From: Macrostomum lignano
Lineage: Eukaryota
NCBI GenBank assembly: GCA_002269645.1
Contig: NIVC01000734.1
Location: 196,882 to 260,881 of the forward strand
DNA length: 64,000 nucleotides
Reading direction: 5' to 3'
Translations under genes and position numbers: made by a program
Notes under the pieces: generated by a model
The model's input: only the letters and a program-made list of their open reading frames with translations
The model's database searches: none
Told to the model about the DNA's origin: nothing
In this document: piece after piece, positions 58,872 through 64,000 of the stretch
Numbering within the stretch: position 1 is the first letter of the stretch
Layout of the letters: each line of letters starts with the position of its first letter

Positions 58872-61162
58872 TTAAAACAGCTCGTTAATTTGCTCCACGC
58901 TCAGCATGCCAGAGAAATTTCCAAACAGTTGAATTCGACCGTTCATAGGAGTGGTGAATGGCATAGACGAGGGTCGCGAGCCCAGATAGACACATCGAAT
59001 ATCATCTCCGTTAGTGCCGTAGGTGCTGGCACTGGTTGACATCAAGGCGTCTCTTCGAACGCCGTTGACAACAAAGTAGCCATCAGTTCCGTTAACAGCT
59101 ACAGCCAATCGGACCATGTTAGCCTCGGGCAGGTAGTAGATGATATTTGTATATTCTCTGTAAATTTGCCAGTTACCAGTTAGCGAGTTCAGAAACCACA
59201 GCTCGTTGCGGTCGGTGCGCTCGCTCATGCCGCCATTGTACACAGAGGAGTTACCGCAGTTCGCAAACAGCAGGATCTGCGACCGGTAGTGCAAGTTCAG
59301 CCGAGTGTAGCCGATCACAAACGTCATGGGAGCTTGAGTTCTGAATTGTGAATTTTGTAATATTAGGCATGGGCGCTTGCAGGGGGGTCGCAATGGATTT
59401 TATGGTGGGAGGGACAAAGCCAAGAATTCCACATGTACATATACATTATTTTCAGAATCGGTGTTGTCAGCGCTCATTTTGGCGCCGCAGGCACTCATTT
59501 TGGCGCCGCAGGCACTCATTTTGGCGTTGCAGGTACTCATTTTAGCGCCGCAGGCACTCATTTTAGCGCCGCAGGCACTCATTTTAGCGCCGCAGGCACT
59601 CATTTTAGCGCCGCAGGCACTTATTTTAGCGCCGCAGGCACTCATTTTGGCGCTTCAGGCACTCATTTTGGCGCTTCAGGCACTCATTTTGGCGCTGCAG
59701 GCACTCATTTTATTGATTTTTATAACGGGTCCCAAGGTTGGGTTGGGGGGGGGGACAAAGCATTGGCATGTCCCCCCTAGCTTTTACTCCCCTCCCCTCG
59801 GTGGCGACGCCCCTGGGTGCTTGAAGATTTTAGGTTAGGGTGCTAGTTATGACGCACAGAATTTTCATTCAACCTACCAAATGCGACTGTTGAACTGGAA
59901 TCCGCTGAGATCAATCCTTACAAAATCCGAATATCCTTGCGGCACCTGAAATCCATTTTCGAAAACTTCGATCTGATTTGGGTTGCTCCTCACAGCGGGC
60001 ATGATGGTCTTGTTAATCAGATTGAGCCAGCTTGAGTTAAACGTATAGAAAGCTAAAGCCGAGCTCGCCCAGCTGCGCAGTTTGTGCTGAATGACGCAGC
60101 GCTTGTCGCTTAGCAACCTGCTGTTCAGGTACCGACTAAGTCCGCCCTCGAAGCAGCCGGTCGAGTTGAAAATAAAAAACTCGCAGCTTGACCGGCCGAG
60201 GCAGGAGACGGCGCAGATGTCAAGCTGCAGCGGCTGCGCCCAGGAGGCGTTCCGGACAGGCGGCACATTGCTGATCATCAAGTCGGTGCAAAGACTCTCC
60301 TCAACAAAGTGTGCAGTCCATCGTGTTGACACTGCGATGGGTCGGGCTGTTGAGGATACGCTGGAACCGAATAGCTCGGAGGCTTGAACTGGCACACAGA
60401 GCGTCGGCATTAAGCTTTCTTGAATTGTCAAGTTCAGCTTGACGAACTCAAATTCGTGAACGTGCTGTAGCGACTCAATGCAGTGCGTATTGCAGAGAAA
60501 GTTTTTTAAGGTCAGCTGTTCGACCGAATCCACAACTAGAACATCACCGCTGAACAGTTTGCTCCGAGGACAGTGGGCTGAAATTTGAAAAATACTTATC
60601 CATGGTGCAATGAAGCTACTATAGAGACTCAAGCATCAAACGAGCTTAAGGATAATGGTCGGATCATGAGGCAAATACAGATACGGGATTGTAGATTCTT
60701 CCCTCTAAACGAATTACAATACAAAGCAGACGTCAAACAAGTCAAATTTTCATACTGATGTCTCTTGATGTCTTCAGTAGCATAAATGTTATACTCACTA
60801 TCAATAATTTTATGCTTCTTATCGATTTTCAGTTTCGTATCGCAGTCTTCGGTAGAATTGTAAACAGCGGCGCTATCAGCCGACTCGGTGCTGACCAGTT
60901 TGCAGACTGGCGACGTCAGTTGAAGGCTGCTCGCAGCGCAGCTGCGGTAGAGGCTGCAGTGCTTGGCGCAGTCCAGTGGGCTCGTCATCAGTGTCACGCT
61001 CTGATCACCTGGTCCAGTAAAGCAGACGTTGAGCTGCTCAAATTGACTGCAGTTCGACAGAGGCAGAGACTGTGCTGTTGCGGGCAGTTGGTGGCAGCTT
61101 AGTAGAGCAAGCGTCAGATGGACAGCCATTGTGCGGATGTCCATGTTGGCCATGTGATTCAT
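58872..61162 (-). CDS. Secreted PAN/apple-domain + LamG-like (ConA-fold) protein, 3 exons; junction 2 creates an in-frame TGA (possible pseudogene)
   Basis: Exons 61162-60799, 60577-59878 and 59340-58872, phase-matched GT-AG. Signal peptide; PAN-like CAKHCSLYRSC and CAVSCLGRSSC; LamG-like LAFYTFN...DFVRIDL / LAVAVNGTDGYFVVNG...YLG...NGRI..LSVEQINELF. Confidence 0.7.
59380..59815 (+). mobile_element. MITE of the CAGGGGCGTCGCCA family (436 bp) with internal 21-bp tandem repeat
   Basis: Flanks GGCGCTTG (59372-59379) and GGTGCTTG (59816-59823). Unit GGCACTCATTTTGGCGCCGCA. Confidence 0.88.
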
Positions 61163-61704
61163 GCAATGCTATCTGAATGTTTGCCTACAGCAATAAGGTC
61201 CTCGATGGTATATTGAAATTCTGTCTTAATATCCCTATTACAATGGGTATAAGTAAGACAGAATCTGCTGACCCAGCTGCCTGGCAACCAATAATTTTTT
61301 GGAGAAGCCTATAGCTGCAGCCTTCTATAACTCTGTGCTCCCTTTTCATCTGCCTAATCGTCGTTGGCACAGCTTTTGTTTTTAACTGATTGAATTAGTA
61401 AATACACTGCATGCATTGTTTAAACGATTAATTGTCTAGGTAAGCTTCGTTTTGCTTGTTACGGGTTGAATGAAGCACAAGCAAGTTCCATTTTAAATAA
61501 AAACTCGTTCAAGGTCCAACAAAGGCCCTACTTGAATAAGCTGCTGAAAATATCGATCCATTATTCATTGGCAAAGCCAGACAACATACACACCAGGTTA
61601 TATTCTTTAAGTTTGTTCAGCCAAAACAGGAAGTAATATCTCCAAAAAAAAAGCTTTTACAAACGGCTCTGAATAGCTGTTTCGGCAGGATGTTGGGTTA
61701 CTGC

Positions 61705-61960
61705 ATGTTCTGTTCTGTTCTGTTCTGTTCTGTTCTGTTCTGTTCTGTTGTTGTGTTCTGTTCTGTTCTGTTCTGTTCTGTTCTGTTCTGTTCTGTTCTG
61801 TTCTGTTCTGTTCTGTTCTGTTCTTTTCTGTTCTGTTCTGCTCTGTTCTGTTCTGTTCTGTTCTGTTTTGTTCTGTTCTGTTCTGTTGTTGTGTTGTGTT
61901 CTGTTCTGTTCTGTTCTGTTCTGTTCTGTTCTGTTCTGTTCTGTTCTGTTGTTGTGTTCT
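61705..61960. repeat. (GTTCT)n pentanucleotide microsatellite
   Basis: Direct reading. Confidence 0.97.
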
Positions 61961-64000
61961 GAGAGGACCTTTTTGATGAGGACATGAGCTTATATAGTGT
62001 GAAGTTAGCCAGGTAACTTTATGCTTGTGTCTTCTGGCACTCCTGTGTCTTTTTTTCCTGTTTTGGATTTTATCCCTCCGTGAATTCAAAGTATTTTACA
62101 GTTAAGAAATTGATCATATTTGAGACTGCCAGCTCAAAGGAAAAAGGGGTGCCATCGTCGCCAGTCGTCCCCGCCCCCCTTAAATCCGCCCCTGATCACA
62201 CTACGCCATACTTTAAGCGTTGGCATGTGAATCCACTAGTCTATTTCTAGTGGGTATTGTAACCGAAGATGTGAACTGTTACGTACATGCATACGAAAAA
62301 GTATGTTGCTATACACGCTAGAAATATCGCTGCATGCATGTACTAATAGCTACATTTACATAATTCTAATGAGATAGATTGATAAAACAATGACTACGCT
62401 ACTTAAAGCATGATATGTCTCTATATTTATGTATAACCTTTATATATACCTATAAATCTACCTGTCATTATAAATATTGATTTAGTGTACTCAAAAAATG
62501 AAAAAACACACGTATTATACCTTTTAAATGTACATGCTCTAGTATAGTTGCTCCAGAAAAGATCCAGATTAATTGCAACTAATTAATTAAGCCTGCATGA
62601 TTACTGTACCAGAGACACAAATTAAAAATTATGATTATCTGTACCAAAGCCAAACCAAATTAATAATTTCTCGAAGCTCCAGTATAGGTGATAACCCATG
62701 GAAATGCAACTACCTTTGCACTAGCTTTTGTAGCTACATTGTATATAAGCTATACGCTCGTATAGCTTCTACATGTAGTGTCAAATCAGAAGACAATTTC
62801 TGCAGTCTATGGAGCGGAATATATTCTGTGTGGAACTATTAAGGATACGATAAATTTTAACTTGATTAGCAGAGGAGTTATAATCCAAACCCTCTTTAGG
62901 ACACCCATGATTCGTGATTTTTTACAACAAACGCCGGTTTTATACCGGCTTTTTAGCTGTTAAAAACAAATTTAAAATATTGTATAGCAAGCAAAATGCA
63001 TTTAGTCTGTTGAAATTCTAAAAAGGAAGTTAAATTTATAAAACATAACATTAACGGTTCTTATTACTTATCATATTAGGTATACAAGTTACAGTAATCA
63101 TAGACGCGGAGACCAAATTTAAATGTCTACTTTAGTTAGAAATTTCCAAACCATACCGCAGCGAGGTACAGGTCGACTGATCGTGATGGATTCTTTTGGA
63201 CTCGGAGATTTATGATGCTAAATTGTATAAAAATAAACGATTGTTGTTGTATACATTTTAAGATAAAAGACTTTACCAAATTTTCAATTTTTTTTTTCTA
63301 TACCAGATTCGATTGATAATTTATAACTTTTTGTAGCTTTGCCTTTGTGCTGTCTGTAAGACTGTAGCTATTTTGTTCCTGAGCTCAAATTTTAATAGGC
63401 CAAACCCTGGTCAACATAGTGGCACTAGCCTATAATTTTCTTTGAATTTGTTTAAATACTATTCAGCTACTATTGGTGAAAGTCTTGGCTTCATTTGAAA
63501 AGTTCATAAGCAAAATACCTAAAGCATACATCTTGTAGCCATGAAAATTGAAATGCACTTACAAAAAATGTACTTGCAGAATTTATAAACATTACACTAT
63601 AAACCTAAATATAGTAATAAAATGTAATAATGCTATCTTATTTCTACTATTTATTGAAGTTTTTTATTGATATAATTAAATATACTTATACTGTAGATTT
63701 TGAAATTGTTTCAAGCCTTTTGCTTAGTGTTTAGTATTATATTAATATTAAAAATATTATAGTTGAATTTTAAGCAAGAATAAATAAAAGTTGCTGCCTC
63801 TATTGTATTGGATACTTGACATAATAAATTATATAAAAATCAACAATATAGAGTAAATATTTTCTTCTAAAAATCAAACAACAGTTTTATTTAGTTAATT
63901 TAAAACTAATTTAATAAATTTAACAAACAGTTTACAGAAATAAGCTTGCGGCTTTCAATCCAGCTAAATTCATGTGTTTTTATAAATTTATTTTACAGGC

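Noticed and set aside
61607-62089. EQNRT-repeat ORFs
   Set aside because: Translation of the (GTTCT)n microsatellite.

Overview
Eukaryotic (animal) genomic DNA, rich in introns, minisatellites and transposon debris. The style suggests a flatworm such as Macrostomum, but that is only an inference. Host genes I could reconstruct, all on the minus strand: (1) an intact 4-exon FEN1 (40409-50633, 388 aa); (2) a single-pass membrane protein carrying the ordered motifs of vertebrate BARP/CBARP, the Ca-channel beta-subunit regulator (21266-36695); (3) a small secreted Cys-rich three-finger/Ly6-like protein (54163-54528); (4) a secreted PAN/apple + LamG-like protein whose second splice junction creates an in-frame TGA (58872-61162). 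The plus strand carries an 8-exon DUF4806-like gene, probably transposon-associated, with one nonsense codon (313-3759). Mobile elements include a full-length piggyBac with a CTAG instead of TTAA target duplication, nested in two other insertions; several MITEs with 8-bp TSDs; a foldback element; a tRNA/CORE-like SINE; relics of EnSpm, Tc1, mariner, RTE-type LINE and DIRS; and a minimal Penelope-type hammerhead ribozyme. The most striking recurring pattern is short TIR elements enclosing foreign cargo (a DIRS RT fragment, the three-finger coding exon, a Tc1 fragment plus the hammerhead), i.e. Pack-type elements in an animal genome. No database searches were run; family assignments rest on recalled motifs.
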